From NCBI RefSeq assembly GCF_006345805.1, contig NC_042998.1, positions 162,006,001 through 162,070,000 on the forward strand: a DNA stretch of 64,000 nt, written 5' to 3'. This document shows, in pieces, positions 1-13,199 of the stretch; the first letter of the stretch is position 1, and every line of letters begins with the position of its first letter. Under the pieces are notes generated by a model, which did no database searches, had not been told where the DNA came from, and was given only the letters and a program-made list of their open reading frames with translations. This DNA is from Octopus sinensis (Eukaryota). The position numbers and the translations under genes are program-made.

Positions 1-101
1 TGTACTGGGGGTCGATCTAATTGGCCAAGTATCTTCTACTATAGCTTCAGGCCGACTAAAGCCTTGTGAGTGGAATTAGTAGATGGAAACTGAAAGAAGC
101 C

Positions 102-145
<44 letters not shown>

Positions 146-360
146 TTATGTGTCTTTGTGTCTGTTTTTGTCCTCCTCACCATTGTATGACAACTGATGC
201 TGGTTGTTTATGTCCCTGTAACTTAGCAGTTCAGCAAAAGTGACTAATAGAATAGGTACAAGGCTTACAAAGAATAAGTCCTGGGGGCAATTTGTTTGAC
301 TAAAACCCTTCTAGGTGGGGCTCCAGCATGGCTGCAAACAAGTGACAAACGTATATAAAA
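1..360 (+). mobile_element. tRNA-derived SINE family A (octopus-type), 5'-truncated, with internal (TA)n
   Basis: Shares 'gtgagtgga..gatggaaactgaaagaagccc' and 'gtccctgtaacttagc' blocks with more than 10 other copies in the window (e.g. 2785, 5625, 60715). Confidence 0.85.
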
Positions 361-954
361 GAAGATAAAAAAATTAAAAATATATACATTCCTCTCTAAC
401 ACATCCCTAACAATAAACCTTTCTACTTCTCACTCCTAGTATTCAAGAAGCAGTGAATTCATATTCAGTTAGTTCCCCACTTCCTCACTCCAGTTATTTA
501 TGTACTCACAAGGTTTACTCTTGCTTATTCTTTTTCACACTCCCTTCTAATAAAAGCAAACTTTCTCCATAAAGCAAATTGTATCCACTAATATCAGTAG
601 CTCAGTGATAGATTTGCTTCTTAGCATTTCTTTGATATTCTGTCATCACTCTCCCTTGTGTTTTAGGAACAAGACAACCTCCTAGCACAGGAGAACAAAC
701 ATGAAGACAATGTAAGATAGAAAGGATTCTGCTGGTGCCATGATAAAAATGTGTCCTGTCCATTCTGTAAAATGGTTGAATTTAGGAAGACCTTTAAGCA
801 ATAGAAACTTTACAAATATGGAATGTATGAGTTAGACATGGTGAACTCTCTAGAGACAAATAACTCCAAGTAGTAACAGAAAACAATTTCAGCACCATGT
901 TAAATGTTTATGGGAAGAGTGAGTATGATTGAGTCAGGAATGTCATTGCAGAGG

Positions 955-1150
955 TTTCAAATTTTGGCACAAGGCCAGCAAGTTCAGGGGAGGATGTGAG
1001 TCAGTTACACCGATTGCTGTGTTCAACCGGTACTTATTTTATTGACCCTGAAAGGATAAAAGGCAAAGTTGACCTTGATGGAATTTGAATTCAGAGAGTA
1101 AGCATGGACAAAATGCTGCTAAGCATTTTGCCTAGCATACTAACGAGTCT
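955..1150 (-). mobile_element. tRNA-derived SINE family B
   Basis: Reverse complement of the 'ggcagaatcgttagc..ttctgagttcaaattcc..ccttgtgccaaaatttgaa' repeat seen at 20605, 33610, 40670 and 55530. Confidence 0.8.
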
Positions 1151-1229
1151 GCCTGATACGTAAAGATTTCGTAAAGATTTTCTGTAGTGCAGCAACCATA
1201 TTTTGCAATATTAATTTCCTTGATAAAGA

Positions 1230-1500
1230 CCACATCATGCAGCCAAGCAAAGAATATATTCATCCCATTGTGATGCTTGAGTTTCATTGAGATTCTAATG
1301 CAAGCAATATAATCAAAAATATGCAAAATACTTATGGTTAAGATGCAGTGAATAAAAGAACTTGCTGTGAAGATAGTTTGAAAAATTCAGACATGACTGT
1401 TTCAATTTGCTTGATGTGCATGGATGAGGGTATCCTTCCTTCCAAATTAGATGATAAAATGCTAGAAGTAATACTTGCAAGGAATCCTGCTGCAACAGTG
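1230..1500 (+). pseudogene. Mariner transposase N-terminal (HTH) relic
   Basis: Translates with stops to KEYIHPIVMLEFH*DSNASNIIKNMQNTYG*DAVNKRTC...PSKLDDKMLEVILARNPAATV, matching the mariner N-terminal layout. Confidence 0.6.
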
Positions 1501-1599
1501 AGTATGCTTTTCACTGAATGTTGCTAGCATTATGACCGTTCACAATCATTTGAAGAAGCTAGAAAAAGCTTCAAAATAAGGAAAACAGGTTTCTCATTT

Positions 1600-1865
1600 C
1601 TCATGCTCCTTCAACAGCAAATCATCAGCTAAGTTAACTGGCACTCCATCGATTACAACAACAAGGGTTTCAGCTGAGCTAATCAATGGAACAGCCTGCT
1701 CATAAAATTAACATGCAAGTGGCTGAGTACTCCACAGTCATGCATGCCCTTAATATAGTTTGCGGGAAGATTCAGTGTAACACAGAATGCGATAAGGCCG
1801 GTCCTTTAAAATATAGGTGCTACTCATTTTTACTAGCTGAGTGGACTGGAGCAATGTGAAATTGT
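1600..1865 (-). mobile_element. SINE family C fragment
   Basis: Similar to 51500-51790 and to the reverse complement of 61665-61800 ('gctgagtggactggagcaatgtgaa'). Confidence 0.65.
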
Positions 1866-2784
1866 TGTGGCAGACACCCCCAAGTGAGAAGTGGGCTGTT
1901 CCACAACTGATAAATAGTGGACACACAGCAAACAGTGTCAGTTGGTAGTGTACACCGTATGGGTCACTCAAGCAGTGGATGAAATGCAAAAACTGTAATC
2001 GCTATGCCTTCATCTTCAGCTAAATTATGACTGCTGGGAATTCGTGAATCACTCTGTATGCATAACCTCCAGGTGTCATTTTAAAACCAGACCATGATGC
2101 GAAATGAGAAATTAATCTTTACAGCAAAATTGGCTTCTAATTTTGGTGCAAGGCAAGCAAGTTTGAGGTAAGGTTAGGGTGATGACATTGACCCCAGTGT
2201 TCAGCTGATGCTTATTTTATTGACCTTGAAAGGATCAAATGAAAAGCCAACCTCAGTGGACAATAAACCTGTTTTACATTGATCAAGAGAAAGTTTGGAA
2301 GAATAAAGTGAAACTAGGACAATGCTTTGGGAGATAGGATAAGCGAGAGATATTCTTCATATAGGATGGGAGTTTGTAAAAGAGAATTTAATGGTTTGGT
2401 GTAGCAGAGACAGAAAGAAAGAGAGAAAGGAAAGACAGAAAGGAAAAGTGGATGAAGAGAGGGAGAGAGAGAAAGAAAGTAGGGTTCACAGAGAAATGAA
2501 GAAGAGTGAATTACAAGCAGATTAGCAAGTAGATTTTATTGTAAATGTCCATGCGAGAAAGATTGAGTGTTAAGAATGGTTGATAACATCCAAACAAAAT
2601 CACCATTTGGGGAAAGAACTTGGATTATAGTAAGCAAGAGAAATAGATGAATCTTAAAAGTTAAAAACTTGGTGGATTTTGAGCAAGCAGAAGGAAATGA
2701 GGTGTGGTGACAAAATTAGATTAAAATCTTTTATATAAATATATATATATATATACATACACATATATACATATATGTATAGGT

Positions 2785-3200
2785 GTAGGAGTGGCTGTGT
2801 GGTAAGTAGCTTGCTTTATGAACCACATGGTTCTGGGTTCAGTCCCACTGCATGGCACCTTGGGTAAGTATCTTCTACTATAGCCTTGGGGCCGACCAAA
2901 GCCTTGTGAGTGGATTTGATAGACGGAAACTGAAAGAAGCCCATCGTATATATGTATATATATATGTGTGTGTGTGTGTGTTTGTATATGTTTGTATGTC
3001 TGTGATTGTCCTCCCCACATTGCTTGACAACAGATGCGTGTGTGTTTACGTCCCTGTAACTTAGTGGTTCAGCAAAATAGACCGATAAAATAAGTAATAG
3101 GCTTACAAAAATAGGTCCAGGAGTCGATTTGCTCGACTAAAGGTGGTGCTCCCAGCATGGTCACAGTCAAATGACTGAAACAAGTAAAAGAATAAAAGAA
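2785..3200 (+). mobile_element. Full-length SINE family A
   Basis: A-box-like 'tggctgtgtggtaag', B-box-like 'gggttcagtccc', conserved body, internal (TA)/(TG) tract and 3' tail. Confidence 0.9.
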
Positions 3201-3417
3201 TGTATATTTGTAGAGAATTGTCCACTGTAATTTTTCTGTTCCATCTTTAAAAGCGTCAACATGATATTCCCAGGTAAAGTATTTACAAGCAAGTATATTT
3301 TTATTTATAAATACTGTTTGTATTTTAAATTTACTTACAATATTTCATATATGTAAATGTTATAAAAAAAACTGCGTGTGTGTGTGTGTGTGTGTGCACG
3401 TGGGCAAGAAACTGAAC

Positions 3418-3543
3418 AGTTGTTGACTTAATTACTTGGAAATTCAAAGACATGAAAATATGTCTCTCAGATGGCAGACATCTGAGAGACATGTATTTTC
3501 ATATCCACGAATCATTAAGTAACAGATGCTTGAGTCAACAACT
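3418..3543. repeat. Imperfect ~125-bp palindrome
   Basis: agttgttgact/agtcaacaact outer arms and atgaaaatatgtctctcagatg/catctgagagacatgtattttcat inner arms around a 5-nt loop. Confidence 0.8.
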
Positions 3544-4299
3544 ATATATATATCTATAAATGTATATATATATATATATACAATGTACACACATACACAC
3601 ACAAAAGCATATGTAGTCGACAGATTAGTGAAGCAGGTTTAGTCATTTGTTTAAGCGATTTTGTGATTTATTTTAATTATTTTATACTTCTTGTAAATAT
3701 AAATATTATTCACATTTATTTTCAGTAAATATTTAATTTCATCGGACTTGTTGTGGTAATTATATAATATGACATAACAATGTAGGTTCATTGATAATGT
3801 AATTGGAATAATATGAAATAATGTTTACATAAATATGAAAACCAATTTTAATGGAAGTTGAAATAATGTTTATATTGATATAATTAGATATGTACAGATA
3901 AAACAAAGAAGCAAAGTAAAAAGAGAAACAATTATTTGGATAAATAATTGTGAATAAAACCCATTAAAATTAACAAAGAAAGGACTAAATCATTTAAATT
4001 AGAAGAAAACTATGTAAAAATAAATCAAAAATAGCAACACAGTAGTTCTAGATGTGTACTTAAGAAGTTTGCTTTGCAATTAGATGATTCCGAGTTCAGT
4101 TCCATGGCTTCACACCCTGGGTAATTGGCTTCTAATTACCATAGCCTTTGGATCAAGTTGGGCTTTATAGATGAAATTAATTAGACACTGTATGAAAGGC
4201 CATCAATTGTACTGTAGCTGTTGAAGAATGGTAAACTATGTCTTCCAAGCAAGAACTGCATCTCAAAGACAGACTTTTTCCTTCAGTATAAAAACTATT

Positions 4300-4470
4300 T
4301 CACCATGACCTAATCATCTTGCTTAAAACCCTGCACAAAGTGCAAGTAAGACATACAATGGAGAATTGCTTCCATACCTGGAACAGTTTTATTACTCAAC
4401 ATCAAGACATTCAAGACTTTATCCAAAGAAAGGCCACTCATTGGATTGCCTTGAAGAAACCCTGCCCTGA
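4300..4470 (+). pseudogene. LINE (L2/CR1-like) RT C-terminal relic
   Basis: LLKTLHKVQVRHTMENCFHTWNS...IQRKATHWI resembles the 'LYKxQVRPxMEYCxxxW...IQRRAxRLI' tail of L2/CR1-type ORF2. Confidence 0.55.
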
Positions 4471-5624
4471 AAATGTGCTGTCATCCTCTCTTTCTTTCCC
4501 CCTCTGCTTTTTACCAGTGCTGCAGTTGCCATTTATGTGTCATAGGTATGGCTTTGAACTGCTTTGGTACTGGAGCCCTGGTATGGAACTTCCAGGGTTT
4601 TGAGTGAGAAACCACCTCTTAGCCATTATTGTTCTCAGGTCTATTCTGACCTGGAGCAGTAGCACTTGCTAGGGTTTCAGTAATGGGTTAACAAGCATGC
4701 GAACTACTTGGAATAAAAGACCCCTAGCTCTCAATATAACTTCCTTTGAGGGGAAAGTATACTCATGTGCAAAAACCTGAAGCACAGTTGGTTGCTGGTC
4801 ATCTCAACCTCTGTTGTGCAACCACGGGTTTTATAGCCAATTGCACTGTAAAGTGGATTCAGTGCTATGAGATACTATATCCACTCAAAGCAAATTCATA
4901 CACAATGAACTTCTTTTTACTTTTGGAATATTTACATGGACTTACTGACTTTAGGAAGCAGTCTTACTTGGTCATGATTTAACTTCCACCACAGTTGCCA
5001 TTCCTGAGGCTAGTTTCTATTCAGGCACTCCCAGCTCACCTTTTCTCTTCTCATCCATTATATCATGTCCACCACTCCAGACAGTGTACTAAACACTATA
5101 CTCAGTACTTCCACCCCAGACTGTCATTTCTCAAGAATCCTAATTTTTCTTGTTATTACCAGCTTTTGAAAATGAACATTATTGGCATCAATCTCACCAG
5201 TTTTGGGGTTCCAAGATTCACAAGTCACGGGCATAGCTTTTCCCTCTATACCAAACCAATAAAATAAAACAAAAAACCCTTTGATACAAACATTCAGACA
5301 AAATTTCTGAACTGAAGATAATTCATGCTTGTGCTTTCTCCTTATAAAAACCCTTTACATGTTAATTAATTGGTCATTACAAACAAATAAATGTAAGTGT
5401 CAGAAGATTTATGTTACTAATATTGGTGTCAAATTTTGACACAAGCACTCAACTGGTACTTATTTTATTGACCCTGAAGGGATGAAAGAAAAGTTGTCCT
5501 TGGCAGAATTTGAACTCAGAACATAAAGACAGATTAAGTGCCACTACGTATTTTGCCTGACAGGCTAACAATTCTCCCAGCACACTGCCCTAACAAATAT
5601 TGGATAGGATTTGTATATAATAGG

Positions 5625-5960
5625 TAGAGGAGTGGCTGTGTGGTAAGTAGCTTACCACACAGTTCAGTCCCACTGCATGGCACCTTGGCCAAGTGTCTTC
5701 TACTATAGCCTTGGGCTGACCAAAGCCTTGTGAGTGGATTTGATAGGTAGAAACTGAAAGAAGCCTGTCGTGTATGTATATATATATATGTATATGTGTG
5801 TCTGTGTTTGTCCCACAACCCCGCCATCGTTTGACAACTGATGTTGGTGTGTTTACATCCCTGTAACTTAGGAGTTTGGCAAAAAATAAGTCCTGGGGTC
5901 GATTTGTTCGACTAAGGTGGTGCTCCATTATGGTCACAGTCAAATGACTGACACAAGAAA
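5625..5960 (+). mobile_element. SINE family A
   Basis: Same head, body and tail as 2785-3200. Confidence 0.85.
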
Positions 5961-6317
5961 AAGAAAAAAAAATATATGCAGCCATATATCCAGATATCCT
6001 TTCTGGTTTTACCTTGTATAGCATATGTTTCTGATGGAATTTGTACTCAGTGTTTTAAATATAGGTTAAAACTACACAAACATGCTTGCTATCCAAATAG
6101 GATTGTCCCATCTGCTACTCTGTGAATTCAAATACTTGACTATTTGTCTTCATATGCATTTGCCTGCAACTGCATGTTAAAATGTATTGACATTTAAAGG
6201 TTATACTAGCCATTATAAAGTTTACTCTTTTTTTTAATAGGAGATTAATAAACTCTTTAGAGGAAAAGGGATTTTTTTTATCCATTTTAAAATAAAACAA
6301 ATTTATCTTTTGTTTAC

Positions 6318-6561
6318 CAATGACAAGCTGCAGACATGGTGTTATACAAATGCACACTTTATATGATATATTTCTCACATTGCGGTATATGGTATACAAA
6401 TTGCAATTATATTGATAGGTGGGCATAGATACAATACCATGAATATTTATAAAGAAAGCAATGGAGTAAAGCAAATACAAAGAACAGATAATTTGCTTGA
6501 AATTAAGAATGTTGATGCTAGAAAGAGTAGTTGCAGCCCCCATATTTAACAGAGTTCTGAC
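6318..6561 (-). CDS. Candidate coding exon (hydrophobic); product unknown
   Basis: Acceptor ttttaactgttag and donor G|gtaaac; open frame VRTLLNMGAATTLSS...CLQLVI inside a 142-aa ORF; in phase with the candidate exon at 7224-7344. Confidence 0.25.
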
Positions 6562-7177
6562 CTAACAGTTAAAAATTTGTAAGTATTTATTACATTACAA
6601 ACATTATATGTAGGAATACTACAATGTCTTTCTAGTAAAGATACTAACTCTTCTCAGTTCAAGTCAAGTACCTAAGTAAGTACCTTGGAGTGGCACAGTT
6701 TGTCATTGTATTCAACATGATAATGGGTGAATGAGCTATCAAATCTCTAGGAAGGATAACGTAATCCTTGAGACACTGCTTGGAAGAATAGCATGGCCAT
6801 ATCCAGGTGTTTTTGATCCCAAGTCTGACTTAGAACTAAACAACAGTTAAGGTACGTTATGAGTTCTGTATGATTGTACTCTTTTGTTTACATTCAGTGC
6901 TGAGACCAACTGCACACCGAAAATTGACTGGCAATCCTGTGTATCTTGAATACAATATGCATGTTCTATGCCCTACAAAACAAAAAACCCTTCTGGGGTT
7001 AAAAACAGTGATACCGTTGGTTCCTATTTGTATTTATTATGGGGTTAATTTGTCTATTGAGCAAGTAAATTATTTGTACTGCAAGTAGCTTCAATATATT
7101 TTTTAAAATGAAGTAAATGCTAAAGATAACTTACCAGATTTTGTGTTACCAAAGATAATGCACACATACACACACAC

Positions 7178-7209
<32 letters not shown>

Positions 7210-7223
7210 CAAAAATGACTAAC

Positions 7224-7344
7224 AGAAGTATCATTAACTTTTTTAGGTTGTTCAATATTTCTCAACCAATCCAAGGACTGACTGAGTAAACCTATCAAAA
7301 ACAAACCTATAATTACTACTGGAAACAGCTGTAAGTAAAATTCG
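7224..7344 (-). CDS. Candidate coding exon; product unknown
   Basis: Strong acceptor tttgtttctttattgcag and donor TCT|gttagt; open frame EFYLQLFPVVIIGLFLIGLLSQSLDW...NDTS (an alternative frame ends ...GLVEKY*). Confidence 0.3.
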
Positions 7345-10300
7345 CTGCAATAAAGAAACAAATATGTAATGACTATTATTTATGCCTTGTCTTGTATATC
7401 ACTCAATGTAAAAACTAATGTAACTAGAGCTGAACCATGGATTTACTGTATAGAATGGTGATGAATTATAACATTGGATTCCGTCACAAGAATACACAAA
7501 GTTCTTTACTAACCTTAACAATATAGTGTTCTAACAGAAAACTTATGAAGTATTTTTTCCTGGATTGTTAATCATTCACAAATAACTCCCTCTCTCTCTC
7601 ATATATATATATATATGTAGAATATATATATATATGTATGTAGAGAGAGAGAGAGAGAGAGGGAGAAAGCCGTTTATTTCAAGTACCAATGATGACAAAG
7701 CTTTGGGTTGTATTCAGGTGATATTGGCAGATTCTAAACATTCTCAACACTACAAATCATTTTTGACATGATAAAAATTTTAAATAATTGCATGGGAAAA
7801 ATAAAACCTTACTTATAGATAGTTCAGTTCAGTTAAGTACTCATAGTATCCTTTTAGGATGTCATCCTTTTATCAAAATAGATGCTATTTCATAATCTTT
7901 ACTACCGTTAGCAACATTGAATATATAAATTAAAAAAAAAGAAAAAAAGAAAAATGTCTACCTGAAAATATATTGAGTGTCATTTGCTCTTTCCTGCTGT
8001 GACTCCAATCAAAATAATATAATTCTAAGAAGTAGAAATGGAAATTAATATTCGGTGGTTAAAGCAGAACCAATTACATTAACTAGAAAGTGTTGCATGC
8101 AAAAATATTCTGTAGCTTTTTCTGGGATTAGACAAGCTTTAATATTATTAAAGATGGTATTGGCACCATGCCTACATGCCCTGAAATGCCTGGCTAGAAA
8201 ATTTGATGGGTTCCTTCATGAATTTCTCATTCATTTAGATATTTCTACTTAAAAGTAAAGCAGCCCAATTTTCCATTGCACTGCTGTAGTAAAAGCGTTA
8301 TGTAGTAAAGTTATCTTCAAATTGTCTCTTTTTCTTACTACCTCTCGACGTGGTTTTTGGTTTTTGCTTTCTATGTGTATGCCCCTCTCTGTCTTTCTGT
8401 CTTTTAAACTCAGTATCTCTTTGTTTCTGTCTTTCTATCTCTTTTTTTCTTTCTTCTTCTTTTAACTAAAGTTAGTGCTTTGGCTTTTAGCCAATTTCCA
8501 CCACACCTTTTCATCTTATTTCAGGTTAAACTTGTCAAGCTTCGAAGAGGGAGTAGAAAGCATTGTGCAGATAATTGCTCTGAGAGATCTTATCGTTAAT
8601 TCCCCTGCAGACTGTCTCATGGTCTGTGATGAGGATTCTTTTATTAGCAACTTAGCATTCTGTTGCATCAGTCTGTGACAACTATCCAACAGATAACTAA
8701 GATTGGGTTAAAATGATATGTGCAAACCCCATGAGATGTTATGTCTTGATGCACTTAATTGACATTCTACCTATATATTCCTATTTGATCACTTCACCAA
8801 CATATTCTACAAGTCAAAAGAAGAAAATTAACCAAGAAAGAAAGAAAAAATAAGAAAAAGAAAAGAAATTTTCCAGATATTTCTCTGAATTTCCTTGATG
8901 CATTTCAAAGACATAAATATTTAGAGAATATATACGTAAATATTTAGCTTGCTTTCATTTATAAACAACTAATCTTTTTAATAGTAATAATAATGTTTTA
9001 CTGGCACAAGGCCACAAATGTATACAAAAATGTGTGTAGATGATTTTAATAAAATACAATGTCTTACTGGTACATTTTATATAGACCCCAGAGTGAAAAG
9101 AAGTACACGTGATCTCCATGGAATCTGAATAAGAGAAGAGCAAAGTTAAATATTGTATTGCCTTGTGCTCAACTGTTTATGCTATTCTATGCTTGTACAA
9201 AGACTAGCATGACAGTTATGATGCTCCAGGTTCAATCTCACAATGTGATATCTTGGTCAAGTATCTTTTACCATAATCTCAGGTCAACCCAAAATTTGTG
9301 AGTTAAATTGGGTGGTCAGAAACTGTGTGGAAGCTTGTTGAATGGAGAATACCCATAATCTAATGGTCCAACTTTCTCACATATGTCATACAATTTCAGC
9401 CTGAAAGTGTTTGTGGAATATGCAGCCACTTACACATTAATTTAATGAGTCAATAGGACATTGATCAAACAACCGAATGCCCATATTTGAAACCAATGGT
9501 GAGTGGGTCTTTAACACTTTTATATAAATCATAATTGTTGTCGTTATTAGTTGAAGATTCATCTCTTTACACTAAAGTAAAGTAAATTTCAAATCCTATT
9601 GGGTTTGACTTAATTTATCATCTCTTTACTGAAGGTTTATGAACTGGTGGTGAGGTTATTGAGCCCACAATTATAAGTTTGTAGGTTTGACTTCTAGACG
9701 AGGTGGGCAAAACACTTAATTACACCTCTTCCTCTCAGCTAAAAATGAATTGTGTCTGCTTCTGAGTGATGCCTTGCTGACTAGCAGCCCAAAATATTCT
9801 AAGTGCAAGATGTCAATGACTTTTGATGGCTACACCACACTAGTGGATAATAATGATTTGGTATTAAATCGAATTCTTTCACCAATAAAAAGTGTGGCTG
9901 TGTATCTGTGCAAAATTTAATAATTAACTATACTACTAATGTTACTATTAGTATTACCAATTATTAGATAATGATTATTATGTAACAAGAGGACTTCCAA
10001 ACTATTCCTGTTTGGACTAGCGACTTGTTAATTATTTTTTAAATATAAATGAAATGTTAGCTTTTATTAATATATCCAAAAGCATGCAGGTCAAAATTTG
10101 AAATTTTTATATTCTGGTGGTAAAAGTAATGGTTTTCTGTTTTTACCATTTAAAAAAAATATTCTGCTAACGAAAATAGTAGGTAGTGACTTCATTAATA
10201 GTGTTAGCCACCCCCTTTCTTGGCAGAGGAGGAATATTTCCTTGCTTTGAATGCTTCTAAGAATTTTCAATGACAACTAGAGCAGACACTGGTAGAAGCA

Positions 10301-11905
10301 CTTGCACACATACTAGAAAATATTAGGAATATATCAAATACAGAGAACAATACACGTATATATTGGAAAATATCAAATACAAAGAACAATATTATCATAA
10401 ACATATATACATATCAAACGTATATAGGAACACTATCACACAAAATAATAGGAAAATATGACACATGAATTAAATAAAGAAAATGACTCATTTGTAAGCA
10501 GACACAAACAGTAACATGATCACACTTATAATAGAGAATAAAACAATTATATAAAACATAGAAGGTATCACAGTCACACAGAACAAAAAGTAACACAAAC
10601 GTATCAAACAAGGACAGCAACGTTCAGAAATATATCGAACAGAAATGATAATACATGCATCACATAATACTCTGAGCATATGTGACTACATATCTAACAG
10701 TAACAAAGGCTACGATGGAACCATCGGGTGACTGCCTGACCTGCTGCCAGTAGCTGTAAAATATCCCTCAATTTACATCCGATCATCGTAAAAAAGAGCA
10801 TATTGGAGATTACACGATGTAGGAAGAAATTAAGATGGAATATCTATTGTTGGAATGACTTAAATCATAAACCTGCCCCATTAGGATTTTTACCTTTTGT
10901 GTTACTAAACAGTGACAATAAAACAGTTGTTTTTAAAAACATGCAGCTTTAGTTAATTAATTCTACTTTGATCTATCTCTACGCACATCAGCGAATGCAT
11001 TGCTTGATGTTCTAATATAAAAACGAATCATTCTTTTCTGGCTGTGAAAGGTAGATTTGTTTTTCGTAGCTAATGATGCATAACACCGAAACGCATGTTT
11101 CTTAAGGACCATTGATGTCATTCACAATCCAACGTGTTTTCACTCGTGTTGTCTAGGAAGAGAATTTTCTTCTGAGATTATTTTCGCAGCAAAGGGACTT
11201 TCCACGTCCGAATGTACTTAGAGTTAATTATAACTTAACACGAATATATAAAGAAAAATAACAGTAACAAACTCGAGGACTCTCGGAGTAAAAATATTTT
11301 TGCAACGTGATAGCTTTATGTAAACGGTTCAATTTAAACATAATGGAGAAAAATATTTGAAGAAATTCGTCAGTACATCAATATGGAGGAAGGGATTACA
11401 CTTTCAAAAAGACATTGCAGAAGAAACTGAAGAATAAACTACTAATTTTAGACGTGATGTGTCTACTGTAAGATAAGGTTACTTGGAAACCTGCCTAGAG
11501 AAGATTTACAAAAAATCATAAAAGAAATAAGATCAGTCATCAACCTCTTATGAATTAGTTGGTGTTTACATGCTATTTAATCCTGAACAAGTTGCTAAAA
11601 AATACCGTTGCAACACGAGTATCCGATAGATAAACATTTGTGCAGTTGAAATGAAGAAAATTATTTGTTAAGACGAGGGTAACAACAGTAGGTTTGCTGT
11701 TATATTTATGAAGGGGGCTTCTGAATGTAAGCATCGAGACATCTTGGATTGAACACACGTTACCAGATATGTCAACCTGAGAATAATGACAATGGAGAGT
11801 AAGGACATGTAGCAGGGCAACAGGATTTGTAATTTCAAATTATAAATCTACTAAACAGAGTTATCGAATTAAAGGTTAGGCTATTCAGAAAAGGGTTAAT
11901 GTTTA

Positions 11906-12413
11906 TCTGTATATATGAAAGGTAGGATGTGTGTGTGTGTGTGTACGTGAATGTAATTTATGCACGTCCACAAATTAGCACGCATGTCGCTCCAATTTTA
12001 GGAGGACATTCATCATGACCCTAGCTGTAATTTCGTCAACTTATTTTCCCCAGAGGCACCAACTAATAGCAGTAAAAACAAATTTTCAACCAAAACTTTT
12101 AACAATTTTCAAGAGTTAAGTCCCCTTCTAGCGACGAGTAAGTTTTTGTTAAGACTTTTGTTGTTTTTTCTATCGCGGAAAATAGTGTTTTGTTGATATA
12201 CGGGCAACACACATGAACATGTATGCATACAAAAAACATGTATGCAATAGGTATACGTACGTACGTGTGTGTTGACTATATATATATATATAAACCAATT
12301 TCAGATTTCGCCCAAATTTGACGTCGATGTTACTTAGTTTGGTTTGAAATAAAGAACTTGATTAGCTTAATAATCCTAACTTAATCCCAGGCAAAGCCGG
12401 GTTATACTGCTAG
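11906..12413 (+). mobile_element. Complete non-autonomous Helitron (508 bp)
   Basis: 5' A|TCTGTATATATG; 3' hairpin cccaggcaaagccggg then CTAG|T; inserted between A and T with no TSD. Confidence 0.8.
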
Positions 12414-12860
12414 TCTTTGTTGTTTAGTGCTTCACAAAACTGGGATCCCCAGCAGATCCATCCAAAACAATCACCACCTTATTTAATACAGCATCTTAGT
12501 AGGATTCCGATGAGGTTGCAGTCTGTCTGATGTTCATATTGAAAGGCTACTTATCAGAACTTGGTCTATCAGTCAAAAGTTCGTTCTGATCATTCCTGTA
12601 TGCTTTAACCTTTGAGCAATTATTGCAGAAGGTAGATGCATAGAGCAGTGGCATCGGGGTGCTATGCATTTATATGCGAGCAACATCATTGGCATGCTGT
12701 AAAACATCTTGAAAATCGAAGTCGTTGGCATCGTGCTAGAGAAGTATACAATATTAACATGACCACACTTTAACCAGGACGATTCAGTAAGTTTTTGAGT
12801 AGGCACCTGGAGACACACATGTTGGACAGTATTTGAAAATACCGAAAGAAAAATTATATA

Positions 12861-13082
12861 CAGGGTTGGCCAAAAGTCACCTGACAGTAAATAAAAACCA
12901 TTTAATTCCAAGATTTATTTATGTTTAACAAATGAATGAAATTAATAAAGCATCTAAATATGAAACATCATGAAAATTGTTCAAACTGAAGTCCTTCTTG
13001 AGCGACACATTTTTCCTTTCAAGTCAATACAGAATTACAAATAGTATTTAATTTACTGTTGGGTGACTTCTAGTCAACCCTG
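12861..13082. mobile_element. Tc1/mariner-type MITE (222 bp)
   Basis: ~32-bp TIRs cagggttggccaaaagtcacctgacagtaaat vs revcomp cagggttgactagaagtcacccaacagtaaat; TA on the left, (TG)n on the right. Confidence 0.8.
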
Positions 13083-13105
13083 TGTGTGTGTGTGTGTGTG
13101 TGTGT

Positions 13106-13165
<60 letters not shown>

Positions 13166-13199
13166 ATCCATACATGAACAAAGAGAAAACACAACAACG

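Noticed and set aside
8520-8700. Possible terminal exon on minus (YLLDSCHRLMQQ..KFNLK*) or exon on plus
   Set aside because: Plausible splice signals on both strands and no recognisable homology; cannot choose between them.
11062-11105. ctaatga..gaaacgcatgtt hammerhead-like string
   Set aside because: G5 is mutated and neither stem I nor stem II pairs convincingly.
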